Assembly (NCBI GenBank): GCA_017609465.1
Contig: JAFCDX010000005.1
Location: 1 to 57,122 of the forward strand
Source of the DNA: Candidatus Woesearchaeota archaeon
GTDB lineage: Archaea > Nanobdellota > Nanobdellia > SCGC-AAA011-G17 > JAFCDX01
Length of the DNA stretch: 57,122 bases
Direction of reading: 5' to 3'
The position numbers and the translations under genes were made by a program. Positions 9,321 through 17,319 of this stretch are shown in pieces; positions within the stretch are counted from its first letter, which is position 1; the number at the start of each line of letters is the position of its first letter. Under the pieces are notes generated by a model, which saw nothing but the letters and a program-made list of their open reading frames with translations, was not told the origin of the DNA and ran no database searches.

Positions 9321-9476
9321 TTAAAAAAACTTGTATAAGACAAATTCAAAAATTATTACTAATACTATAAAAATTATGAAATACATAGGTTTTATTGATA
9401 TTTTGCTCTTGTATTCATCAAAATACCTTATTAATCCCCCTCCTGAAGAAGGCATTTGTATTTTTTCATTTGCCAT
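9321..9476 (-). CDS. secG: preprotein translocase subunit Sec61beta (archaeal SecG)
   Basis: 51-aa ORF below the track cutoff: 'MANEKIQMPSSGGGLIRYFDEYKSKISIKPMYFIIFIVLVIIFEFVLYKFF'. It has the conserved GL-x-RYFDE motif plus a C-terminal TM tail anchor. Confidence 0.75.
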   Translation of the reverse strand: MANEKIQMPSSGGGLIRYFDEYKSKISIKPMYFIIFIVLVIIFEFVLYKFF

Positions 9477-9506
9477 GTAAAATATAGAAATAAGTTATTT
9501 ATAAAT

Positions 9507-9686
9507 TTATTTATATTCATAATCTGCAGGATGTCTTCCAAATCTGTCTCCTGATCTATCGTAATCTGATAAAGAAGGATAATTGCATCTATGGCCTTTA
9601 AATCCAATTTCATGATATTCTGAGAATAAGATTAGAATCTCCTTTTGTTCTTTCAATTTTTCTTTATTATATTTTTCTTCTGCCAT
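9507..9686 (-). CDS. small hypothetical protein (59 aa)
   Basis: 'MAEEKYNKEKLKEQKEILILFSEYHEIGFKGHRCNYPSLSDYDRSGDRFGRHPADYEYK'. The ATG lies ~30 nt downstream of the TATA box at 9711-9720, consistent with a leaderless mRNA. It replaces track ORF 9431..9613. Confidence 0.35.
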   Translation of the reverse strand: MAEEKYNKEKLKEQKEILILFSEYHEIGFKGHRCNYPSLSDYDRSGDRFGRHPADYEYK

Positions 9687-9710
9687 TTTATTATTTGATA
9701 AGTCGAGATT

Positions 9711-9740
9711 TGTTTATAAATCCTTCTATTTGTAACTACT
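9711..9740. promoter_or_regulatory. TATA box plus conserved 17-nt element, copy B
   Basis: 'tgtttataaatccttctatttgtaactact' lies between the RNase P RNA 3' end and the 59-aa ORF. Confidence 0.4.
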
Positions 9741-9750
9741 ATAGAATAAG

Positions 9751-10030
9751 TGTAGGTGAGAAATAAGCCGTCTTCTGTTAATCCCCTTTCAAGGAAGGAT
9801 TATCCTAACATTCAACTTAGCGTCTTGATGACTTGCACCCGCTGGGTCTGCCGTTTCAACGTTTTCTTTTACCTATTCAGCTTACAAAGCCACATATTTA
9901 ACAGTAAAAGATCGTTCCGTTTCTGATCAGTTGCCTCTCATTTCTGAGACTTTTTTCCATTGGAAATAAGCAGCTGTTAATGGTGGACGGACTTTCCTCA
10001 GTTACCCGTGAGTTAGGTATCTCACCTACA
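9751..10030 (-). ncRNA. rnpB: RNase P RNA
   Basis: GC-rich island. The minus strand carries universal CR-I 'GAGGAAAGTCCG' near the 5' end and CR-V 'ACAGAAGACGGCTTAT' near the 3' end. The termini TGTAGGTGAG and CTCACCTACA pair as P1. Confidence 0.85.
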
Positions 10031-10095
10031 ATAATTTCTAGAAATTCTGGTTTTATAAAGTTAACTATTTAATAAGTAGTTCCGAAAGTAGATAA

Positions 10096-10221
10096 TTAAT
10101 CTTCTCTTTTCTTATCTAAATTTATCTGAAAACCACATTTACTACAAATCAATCTTTTAACTCCACCAATAGCTATGACTTCATTTATCTCTTCATTACC
10201 ACATTTAGGGCATTTTTCCAT
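10096..10221 (-). CDS. small zinc-ribbon protein (41 aa)
   Basis: 'MEKCPKCGNEEINEVIAIGGVKRLICSKCGFQINLDKKRED' has two CxxC pairs. It is below the track cutoff. Confidence 0.35.
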   Translation of the reverse strand: MEKCPKCGNEEINEVIAIGGVKRLICSKCGFQINLDKKRED

Positions 10222-10272
10222 AATTTAATCTATAAGAACTACAATGTAAATCTTTTTAAAAATTATATAATT

Positions 10273-11841
10273 TTATCCACTAGGGTCTAAATATTCATAT
10301 TCCTCTTTAATCTTATAAAGAATGATAGCAAATAACTTAGCTGTTATAATCGGCTTTTCTGAGAGTTTTCCATAAATATTCAGGCTTACACAAATGTTAA
10401 TTAAAATCCAAAGATTATATAAACAAACACTAAACAGAAAGTAAAATAACCTTATATGAAAATTTCTGCTTGTAGTCCTTGCTAAGAAATCATGGTCTAA
10501 TTGCCTATAACTTGTTTCAATTCCCCATCTAAATTTATAAAACCTAAATAAATAATGAGTTAACTGCTCTGGGATATCCAAGTTGGTTGAGAAAGCTCTT
10601 TTAATTCCATTTTCATCATTAACTAAAACTAGGTTTGTTGTTGTATTTCCTATCTTAAAATTCTTTATTATTCTTGACTTGCAATCTTCTCCTTTATCAA
10701 GCCACTTCTTTACCGTTGGGCTTCTAACTTTGGGCATAATGAATTTTATGTTATTTCTATTCATAACATTAATAATTTCTGTTCTGTCAAATCCCCTGTC
10801 CATATAACAATGTCTTATCTTTATTTTAGATTTTGCTCTTTTTATCAATCTTTCAACTAATGTTTCAAGATTATCAAAAGGACTCATAGGAATTGCATCT
10901 ATTGTAAATCTTCCTCCTGGTGTTACTATTGCACATGTAATGAAATGGAAAAACTGTCTCGTCCCAATACCTTCAGCTACTCCACCTTTGATATAATTGG
11001 GATTTATATATTTTCCATAATAAGGAACCTTGTGAATATCTATTGCTATATCAAATTGCCTATTCTTTAACATATTATATTCTTTCTTTACAAAATTGAA
11101 TACAAAATCAAATATGTTTTTGAACATTAATTCAATCTTTTTTATGTCATCAAACTTTTTGAAGTGATACATTATAGTATCTGAATCTGGTATCTTGATG
11201 TTGGGGTTAAGTTCTTTATAAGTCATAGAACCATTATTACAAAAATCGTGAGAGTAAGCTACGTGAACGAGTATATCTAAGAAATCTTTAGTAGTGAACT
11301 TTGCATTATGGTTTATTTTTATGTTAATTTTAGGATAAATAAATTTTTTGACTAATTTTATTGTCTCTTTAATTGCCTTATTCTTTTTATTTATGCTTTC
11401 TCTATTTTTTCTTAGTTCTTTTTTCACTAATTCTACATCTAAAACAACGTTATTTTGAGTTGCTATTATAAGAATCTTTTCAGCAATATTATCAAGTTTT
11501 GTTTTTATATCCTCTTTGTTATGAAAGAAACGATTAAAAGTTCTTTTAGTTGGTAATAATGTGTTATTATTTTTATCTTTAGTAAATCCTAAATTATTAA
11601 TATCATCTTCTGTTAAAGATTCTATTAATCTTGGGTAATTTGTAATGCCTTTTATCCTTTTAAATAAATAAAGCCTTAAAATGGACTCTGTAGAATAGAT
11701 AGCATCCTTTCTATTCAAATTATTAAAAATAGAAATATCTAATTCAGATAAAAGAAAGGACACCTTAAGCCAGCTGGTTTCAGAGTTTCCCAAAACTTTT
11801 ATAAGCTGGCTCTCTATATCTTTACAGGAGATATTCTTCAT
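10273..11841 (-). CDS. DDE transposase, IS4/ISH3-like
   Basis: 522 aa. Candidate catalytic triad regions are 'FDIAIDIHKVPYYG', 'CYMDRGFD' and 'RWGIETSYRQLDHDF' (the Y-x2-R-x3-E type signature). Confidence 0.85.
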   Translation of the reverse strand: MKNISCKDIESQLIKVLGNSETSWLKVSFLLSELDISIFNNLNRKDAIYSTESILRLYLFKRIKGITNYPRLIESLTEDDINNLGFTKDKNNNTLLPTKRTFNRFFHNKEDIKTKLDNIAEKILIIATQNNVVLDVELVKKELRKNRESINKKNKAIKETIKLVKKFIYPKINIKINHNAKFTTKDFLDILVHVAYSHDFCNNGSMTYKELNPNIKIPDSDTIMYHFKKFDDIKKIELMFKNIFDFVFNFVKKEYNMLKNRQFDIAIDIHKVPYYGKYINPNYIKGGVAEGIGTRQFFHFITCAIVTPGGRFTIDAIPMSPFDNLETLVERLIKRAKSKIKIRHCYMDRGFDRTEIINVMNRNNIKFIMPKVRSPTVKKWLDKGEDCKSRIIKNFKIGNTTTNLVLVNDENGIKRAFSTNLDIPEQLTHYLFRFYKFRWGIETSYRQLDHDFLARTTSRNFHIRLFYFLFSVCLYNLWILINICVSLNIYGKLSEKPIITAKLFAIILYKIKEEYEYLDPSG

Positions 11842-11995
11842 GGGATACTCCTTCTGGGGTCAGGGGCTCGCAGTTCCTCCCCAGATATCTTTCTAGGCTT
11901 AATCGCCTATGTTCTTGACATAATACTCGCCTTGTTAAAGGTTCGAATTTGCCTTTATTTTTACAATATTTGCATTGTTTCATTTTAACCTCCAT
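11822..11995 (-). CDS. small zinc-finger ORF overlapping the transposase start
   Basis: 57 aa: 'MEVKMKQCKYCKNKGKFEPLTRRVLCQEHRRLSLERYLGRNCEPLTPEGVSHEEYLL'. It ends 20 nt inside the transposase ORF in another frame. Confidence 0.35.
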   Translation of the reverse strand: MEVKMKQCKYCKNKGKFEPLTRRVLCQEHRRLSLERYLGRNCEPLTPEGVSHEEYLL

Positions 11996-12061
11996 ATTAT
12001 ATCTTAATAGTATATATACTATGAATATATATACTAAAACTATATAAATCTTTCTATTTTA

Positions 12062-12126
12062 TGTAGTGACTAATTAATTACAACAAAAAACGATAATATT
12101 TATATATTTGTAGTGACTAATTAATT
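12062..12126 (+). repeat. two perfect 18-nt direct repeats 'tgtagtgactaattaatt'
   Basis: Copies at 12062-12079 and 12109-12126, each preceded by a TATA-like A/T stretch. Confidence 0.8.
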
Positions 12127-12127
12127 T

Positions 12128-12491
12128 ATGGTATTTTATAAATGGAGTATTGTAAAAAATAAAAAGTATCTACAAATCGCAGAGAGTGAACGAATAAGTG
12201 GAAAATCGAAGCATAAAATTTTGGAACATTTAGGGACTGCTGATAAACTTCTTTTAAGATTAAGGGGTATAAAAAATGAATAGCGAAGAACTTATCTTGT
12301 GGAAGAAAAATAATAATGAATTGTTAGAAAAAATAGATAATTGGAGAAATTCATATTCTTGCGAATATAATTGTAATGATTGGGAGAAATGGAAATTTTG
12401 TAAACACTTAAGAAAAAATATGGTTAAAAAATTCAATAAAGAAATAACTAAACAAATAAATAAATTAATAACTATTAATAATGTTTTTTAA
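12128..12491 (+). pseudogene. possible remnant of a second transposase (IS1634-like N-terminus)
   Basis: 51-aa ORF 'MVFYKWSIVKNKKYLQIAESERISGKSKHKILEHLGTADKLLLRLRG', followed in another frame by the 71-aa ORF 12276..12491. The 'YLQI-x-ES-x-R-x-GK-x-K-x-x-ILE-x-LG' pattern recalls IS1634-family N-termini, recalled from memory. Confidence 0.3.
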
Positions 12492-13608
12492 GTAGACTAT
12501 CTTTTAAATCAATTTTAAAGAATTTTTTTACTGGTTGATAGATATATTTTTTTCTTTTTAAATAAGTTCTATAATCATTTTCTAATATTTTGTCCCTCGA
12601 ATAAATAAACTCATTGAAGCTAGAACATGTATTATGACATGCAATAGCTTGTCTTAATAATTGTGCTCCATTAAATACTTTGAGGAAATTGTTCAAATTT
12701 CTTTTTTTCCCCATAAAATTATCAACAAAACAATCACAATTTAATTTGTTTTTATACATTTGTTTATGTTCATTTATATCAATTTCACCAAGTGTATTAG
12801 AATCAAATCTTTTTGGTATACTTTTAATTTTTTTAAATTTACCCAATGGTAGTGGTCTTGATTTTAAAGCAAAAGAATCAATAGAAAAAAGTGGCATAGT
12901 ATGAATTAAGGAACATTTATTAAAAATTTTATTTCCAACCTCAGATAAATGTAACCAAATATCCTCATCACACATATTATTTATAAGATGGGAATAATTT
13001 ACATAATTTTCTTTTATTGGAGCATAAACTAAATTGATTATATTAATATTGTTATTAACACAAATTTTTAATTTTCCTCCGAATTTTCTCCAATCAGTAT
13101 CTAATCTTATTACAGGCATTGGTTCTGCAATAGAATCTGATTCTTCTATTTGTTTGATAGAACGTTGTAATCTTTTTTCAAATTCTTTTTCTGAAGAATT
13201 ATATTTATCTAATATAGAAATAGCATCAATATCACTTTGGGTTTGTATATCAATCATTACTTCATTAATTCTATCATTTATTTCTAAATTTTTTTCTAAT
13301 GAAGGATGAAATATGGTTATTCTGTTATTAAATCTTTTTGATTTCTCAACAATTTGATTTTTTAATCCGATAGAAGCTTCGGCATTTTTAATCATATTAT
13401 ATATACTATCACTTTTTATATATTGGGTTACTTCTCCTATTTGGTGTGGAAAATTTAATTTAACTAATCCACTTTTCTCTAAGCTTAATCCATGTTCCAT
13501 TTCTCTAGAATTTAATACTCTTATAGGTGTTGTAATATCATCTCCAGCTTCTCTTATAATTCCTGCCCTTGCGGTCATACTTCTTCCACATAATTTGAAT
13601 TTAAACAT
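12475..13608 (-). CDS. divergent TGT/DpdA-like (queuine/archaeosine transglycosylase fold) protein
   Basis: 377 aa. 'MFKFKLCGRSMTARAGIIREAGDDITTPI' resembles the TGT N-terminus, 'KSDSIYN' resembles TDSGG[FY]Q, 'DIQTQSDIDAISILD' resembles IQ..LG.DI.M.LD, and 'LFSIDSF' resembles G.D.FD. 'CDCFVD...ACHN' resembles the Zn site CxCxxC...H with the third Cys missing. Confidence 0.5.
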   Translation of the reverse strand: MFKFKLCGRSMTARAGIIREAGDDITTPIRVLNSREMEHGLSLEKSGLVKLNFPHQIGEVTQYIKSDSIYNMIKNAEASIGLKNQIVEKSKRFNNRITIFHPSLEKNLEINDRINEVMIDIQTQSDIDAISILDKYNSSEKEFEKRLQRSIKQIEESDSIAEPMPVIRLDTDWRKFGGKLKICVNNNINIINLVYAPIKENYVNYSHLINNMCDEDIWLHLSEVGNKIFNKCSLIHTMPLFSIDSFALKSRPLPLGKFKKIKSIPKRFDSNTLGEIDINEHKQMYKNKLNCDCFVDNFMGKKRNLNNFLKVFNGAQLLRQAIACHNTCSSFNEFIYSRDKILENDYRTYLKRKKYIYQPVKKFFKIDLKDSLLKKHY

Positions 13609-13866
13609 CTATTTCACCTCTAATTCTATCTCCTCTGCAACCTTTTCTAGTTGCTTTAATTGATATAATTTCATTCTAGCATCATCAGGATGTTGTTCGC
13701 TTAATAACCACCCAGCTTTTTTTAATTGTGATAAAAATAAATTTACAATTCTTGAATCATCTTTTAATATTTCTTGTGCTTTTTTAAATGTAAACTTCCT
13801 ATTACCTAATTCTTTTCTTAATTTAAAATATCTTCTCAAAACCCATTTTGCTGGTAAATCTGTCAT
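13609..13866 (-). CDS. winged-helix DNA-binding protein
   Basis: 85 aa. 'FTFKKAQEILKDDSRIVNLFLSQLKKAGWLLSEQHPDDARMKLYQL' shows the helix-turn-helix plus wing pattern of MarR/ArsR-like wHTH proteins. It abuts the TGT-like gene start with no gap. Confidence 0.5.
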   Translation of the reverse strand: MTDLPAKWVLRRYFKLRKELGNRKFTFKKAQEILKDDSRIVNLFLSQLKKAGWLLSEQHPDDARMKLYQLKQLEKVAEEIELEVK

Positions 13867-13963
13867 ATATTTATATATATGTTAATAATATATAAACTTT
13901 TTGTATCTATAAAAAATAATGGTATTATTTAAAAAGTCCATTTACTTTTGAAAATTGGTCAAA

Positions 13964-15337
13964 ATGGACAATTTATGGATTTTAACAGAAGAGAGACCCA
14001 AAAAAGAAGTTCTAACAACAATAATAAAGAAAATATGTATTGATAAAGGTTTTATTTGTAAATTTAATGATTTGAAGATTAAACCAATTATTAAAGGTAC
14101 TAAATTTAAATTTACTTACGAATTGCTTGGTATTAAAATAAATACAATAAATAAGATTTTAATTAAAAATGTAAGTGGGAACAGCAGTTTTGTTGATTTT
14201 TTAATATTTTTACAAGAAAAAGAACCTTCTAAGGAAGATAGCCCATTATATGCTATTGAAGAAACTAAAACAGATGATAGTGAATCAAGAAATACTGGGG
14301 TATATCAAAGGTGTTCTAAATTTGTTTTTGTAGATTTATATTATCCTAATTGTAAGAAAGTTATGTTATATAACTTAAAAGTTAAATCTAAGAAACCAAC
14401 AGAAACAAATATCTTTGGAACAAGAATGTTACTAACATTAGATGTCGAAATTATTGGTAAGGATTTAGACCAAAATATCTTTAAGAGATTTGATAGTATT
14501 GAGGAATTAATTAGATTTAAAGACAATATGATGGGGGCACCAAAAGGCAATATTCCTATTTTAATTACTAAAAAGAATAATAAAATAAAAATATCTGGAA
14601 GATTATGGAAGGCTGGAGGACTTAGTCATGACCCAAATATTGGGGCTTTATCAATAATAGCAAAAACATTAAGGGAATTGGGATGGAAAAGGGATATTAT
14701 TATAACCCATCACGGATTATCTCAAAATCATTTGAATAAAAGAAATAAATTTATTAAAATAGCTAATGAAATTGGAATAAAAATAGATGGATTAAATATC
14801 CCTATTAGTGAACTCCATAAAGAATATTGGCATTATGAAAATAATTCAGAAAAACTTGGAACTATCTTCCTGCATTTAATTTTGGAAGAATTAAAGAATG
14901 TTCGTGGAATATATGAAAATCATGCTGGTTGTGAAAGGGGATATTTTTACACTAAAAATAATGAACCCATAACATTACATAAATATATTGAAAATACAAA
15001 AGAAAAAGGAAAAATACCAAAAATTCCAGATTTAATAGTAGCAGATGATAAAAATAAAATCATCTTAAATTTAGAAGGTAAAACTTATAATAAAAAAATA
15101 GATGGTATAAATGAGATTAAAGGATTTGATACAATAGAGAATGAATATATTAAAATTAAATATCCTAATTATAAGATAATTAGAGGAGTTGTTCTTTTTG
15201 GAAGTAATGAAAATAAAATAACAGATTCTGAAGTTATTTTCTTATTAAATAAAAATGGGGATATGGTAACTTCAAAAAATACACCAAAAGTAATTATAGA
15301 TGCAATAGAATTAGCTATTAACCTTAACAAAGAATAA
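13964..15337 (+). CDS. putative restriction endonuclease with two PD-(D/E)xK-like motifs
   Basis: 458 aa from the first ATG. N-terminal motif 'VDFLIF...PLYAIEETK' and C-terminal motif 'IPDLIVADDKNKIILNLEGK'. It is flanked by DNA methyltransferase genes. Confidence 0.5.
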   Translation: MDNLWILTEERPKKEVLTTIIKKICIDKGFICKFNDLKIKPIIKGTKFKFTYELLGIKINTINKILIKNVSGNSSFVDFLIFLQEKEPSKEDSPLYAIEETKTDDSESRNTGVYQRCSKFVFVDLYYPNCKKVMLYNLKVKSKKPTETNIFGTRMLLTLDVEIIGKDLDQNIFKRFDSIEELIRFKDNMMGAPKGNIPILITKKNNKIKISGRLWKAGGLSHDPNIGALSIIAKTLRELGWKRDIIITHHGLSQNHLNKRNKFIKIANEIGIKIDGLNIPISELHKEYWHYENNSEKLGTIFLHLILEELKNVRGIYENHAGCERGYFYTKNNEPITLHKYIENTKEKGKIPKIPDLIVADDKNKIILNLEGKTYNKKIDGINEIKGFDTIENEYIKIKYPNYKIIRGVVLFGSNENKITDSEVIFLLNKNGDMVTSKNTPKVIIDAIELAINLNKE

Positions 15338-16351
15338 TAATTCTTTTAATGGAGATTTTATGTTATTTCCATTGCAATTACTTTTATATCTTCTATATTC
15401 CTTTTCATATATTTTTACATCTCCTTTTTGAGATAAAATTCTCATAATCTCATTATATGGAATTATTCCCTCTGTATTATAACTAAACAATATATATTTA
15501 CATTCTGCATTATTTATTAAATCTTCAAATGCTTCAATACATCTACTTTTTTTACAATATTTAGATATCTGATTTTCGTAAGGTCTAAGTCCTGTTTTTG
15601 TATCCATAATTTTTTTATCCCATACGGATATTGATTCAAGTATGTGATAGTTTGTAGCATATTGCCTATTATTGTAAGGGGGGTCAATATATAATATATC
15701 ACAAAAGATATTATTAATTAATTTATTTGAATCTTCTTGGTAACAATCATTCTTTATATTACTTTTAATTAAATTAGGAACTTTTAACATAAGTGTTTTA
15801 AACATTCTTGGGTCGTTTATTTTCATAAATGCACCATAAGTTCCAGCAACATTTGAAACTGAAGGAACAACTTCTAATAAAGAGGTTAATAAAATATAAA
15901 ACTCATCTTTTGATATTAATTTACTATTCTTCCATTCTTCTATCTTATCCCGAATGGCATCTATTTTTTTAGCATTTTCAGTAGAAAAATAATTTCTTTT
16001 ATAATTAGAGTTTTTAGTTCCTTCAATACAATAATTATTGTAAATAAACCCTTCTTTTCCTTTTAGACTATTTAAATAGTTTATAACTTTGAATATATTT
16101 GGTTTATCTATTATCTTATTTAATCTCTGAAAGTTAGGTATCTTATTATTTTTAATATAAGCATTTTGAAAAACAAAAGAATAATTCATAAAGTCGTTTG
16201 AAATTATTTTAAATCCTTTATTCTTAAAAAATTTTGCTACATTTGTAGTCCCACTGAATATATCACATAAAGTTCCTTTTTGAATATTATTTTCTTCTAC
16301 AACAGAATTTATAAATTCTAATAAATTAATTTTATTTCCTATATATCTCAT
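15311..16351 (-). CDS. DNA adenine methyltransferase, Dam/D12 class
   Basis: 'MRYIGNKINLLEFI', 'DIFSGTTNVAKFF' and 'ILYIDPPYNNRQY'; 346 aa. Confidence 0.85.
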   Translation of the reverse strand: MRYIGNKINLLEFINSVVEENNIQKGTLCDIFSGTTNVAKFFKNKGFKIISNDFMNYSFVFQNAYIKNNKIPNFQRLNKIIDKPNIFKVINYLNSLKGKEGFIYNNYCIEGTKNSNYKRNYFSTENAKKIDAIRDKIEEWKNSKLISKDEFYILLTSLLEVVPSVSNVAGTYGAFMKINDPRMFKTLMLKVPNLIKSNIKNDCYQEDSNKLINNIFCDILYIDPPYNNRQYATNYHILESISVWDKKIMDTKTGLRPYENQISKYCKKSRCIEAFEDLINNAECKYILFSYNTEGIIPYNEIMRILSQKGDVKIYEKEYRRYKSNCNGNNIKSPLKELLFFVKVNS

Positions 16352-17319
16352 TTTTCCTCTTTTCTGAATATAAGGATATATTGATGAAGTTGATTTGCAA
16401 CAAAAGAGAATGGGTATCCATAAGGATAGAGATTTAATGTTTTATCATACCATATTTTATAACCTTTAAATTGTAAATTGGATATTTTATATAATTCTTG
16501 AATAATATCTGCATGAAGAAGATTATGATGTTCTTTTGTTGGTTGCATATCTTTACAAAATACAACAATATATCCTTTATTTTTTAAAAACATTAATGAT
16601 TTTTCTATAATTAATCTAAACTCATTAAGGAATTCTTTGTAATTTATATTCCCTAAGTCTTTTTGATTGCTAGTGAAGTTTCCTTTATCTTTTCTATCCC
16701 CTCCAGTTCTCTTTTTAGAGAGCATATTTGCATATGGTGGGTCTGTTAAAATTAAATCAAATGTTTTGGATTTAACTTCTTTAAAATTATCTAAATTTCT
16801 AGCATCACCTTTTTTTACAATTTGTTCTTTAAGACCTTCTTGTTTTGTAACTTTTTTATAAACATCTAAATATTTTTGTTCTAAATCTATCCCGACTGCA
16901 TTTCTAGGAGGTTCACATAAAGATGCCCCTAAAAGAGTTCCACCTACACCAACAAAAGGGTCTAATATCCAACCATCTGATTTGGTAAAGAAATTTATAA
17001 TCTCTTTCATTAATGCAGGTGGTTTTGGTGAAGGGTGTATCTTTCTTAATTTATGTCCTATGGTATTTTTTCCATTTGTGGTATAATAAGTAGGAATTAC
17101 GGAATCTTGTAGATATTTCCATAATCTTAATTCATCTTTGTTTGAAGAAAAATCTGTTTCTGAGATTGAATTTATAAAATGAGTCCATTCTTTACCTGTT
17201 AATTCATTGAGGGGATTTCTAATATCATATTTTCCCCTTTCTCCTAAATCAATCCCAAATTTACCGACTCTTTTTTCTTTATGAGATTTAATCAAATTAG
17301 TTTGTGTATCTTTTTTCAA
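16348..17319 (-). CDS. N6-adenine/N4-cytosine DNA methyltransferase (DPPY type)
   Basis: 'HPSPKPPALMKEIINFF...ILDPFVGVGGTLLGAS...GIDLEQKY' is the SAM-binding region. It is followed by 'LILTDPPYANM' and 'HQYILIFRK'. It overlaps both neighbours by 4 nt. Confidence 0.8.
   Translation of the reverse strand: MKKDTQTNLIKSHKEKRVGKFGIDLGERGKYDIRNPLNELTGKEWTHFINSISETDFSSNKDELRLWKYLQDSVIPTYYTTNGKNTIGHKLRKIHPSPKPPALMKEIINFFTKSDGWILDPFVGVGGTLLGASLCEPPRNAVGIDLEQKYLDVYKKVTKQEGLKEQIVKKGDARNLDNFKEVKSKTFDLILTDPPYANMLSKKRTGGDRKDKGNFTSNQKDLGNINYKEFLNEFRLIIEKSLMFLKNKGYIVVFCKDMQPTKEHHNLLHADIIQELYKISNLQFKGYKIWYDKTLNLYPYGYPFSFVANQLHQYILIFRKEEK

Larger units (their letters stand above)
10273..11995 (-). mobile_element. 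insertion-sequence core (Zn-finger ORF plus DDE transposase); termini not resolved
   Basis: This is the transposase gene pair. I could not identify convincing terminal inverted repeats by eye. Confidence 0.6.

Noticed and set aside
9431-9613. 60-aa track ORF on the minus strand.
   Set aside because: It spans the intergenic gap between two better-supported small genes, Sec61beta (9321..9476) and the 59-aa ORF (9507..9686), in a different frame.
12062-12126. Possible CRISPR array; the whole window was also scanned for regularly spaced repeats.
   Set aside because: There are only two 18-nt copies and no further repeat-spacer periodicity. I found no array-like structure and no cas genes other than the stand-alone Cas4-like nuclease.
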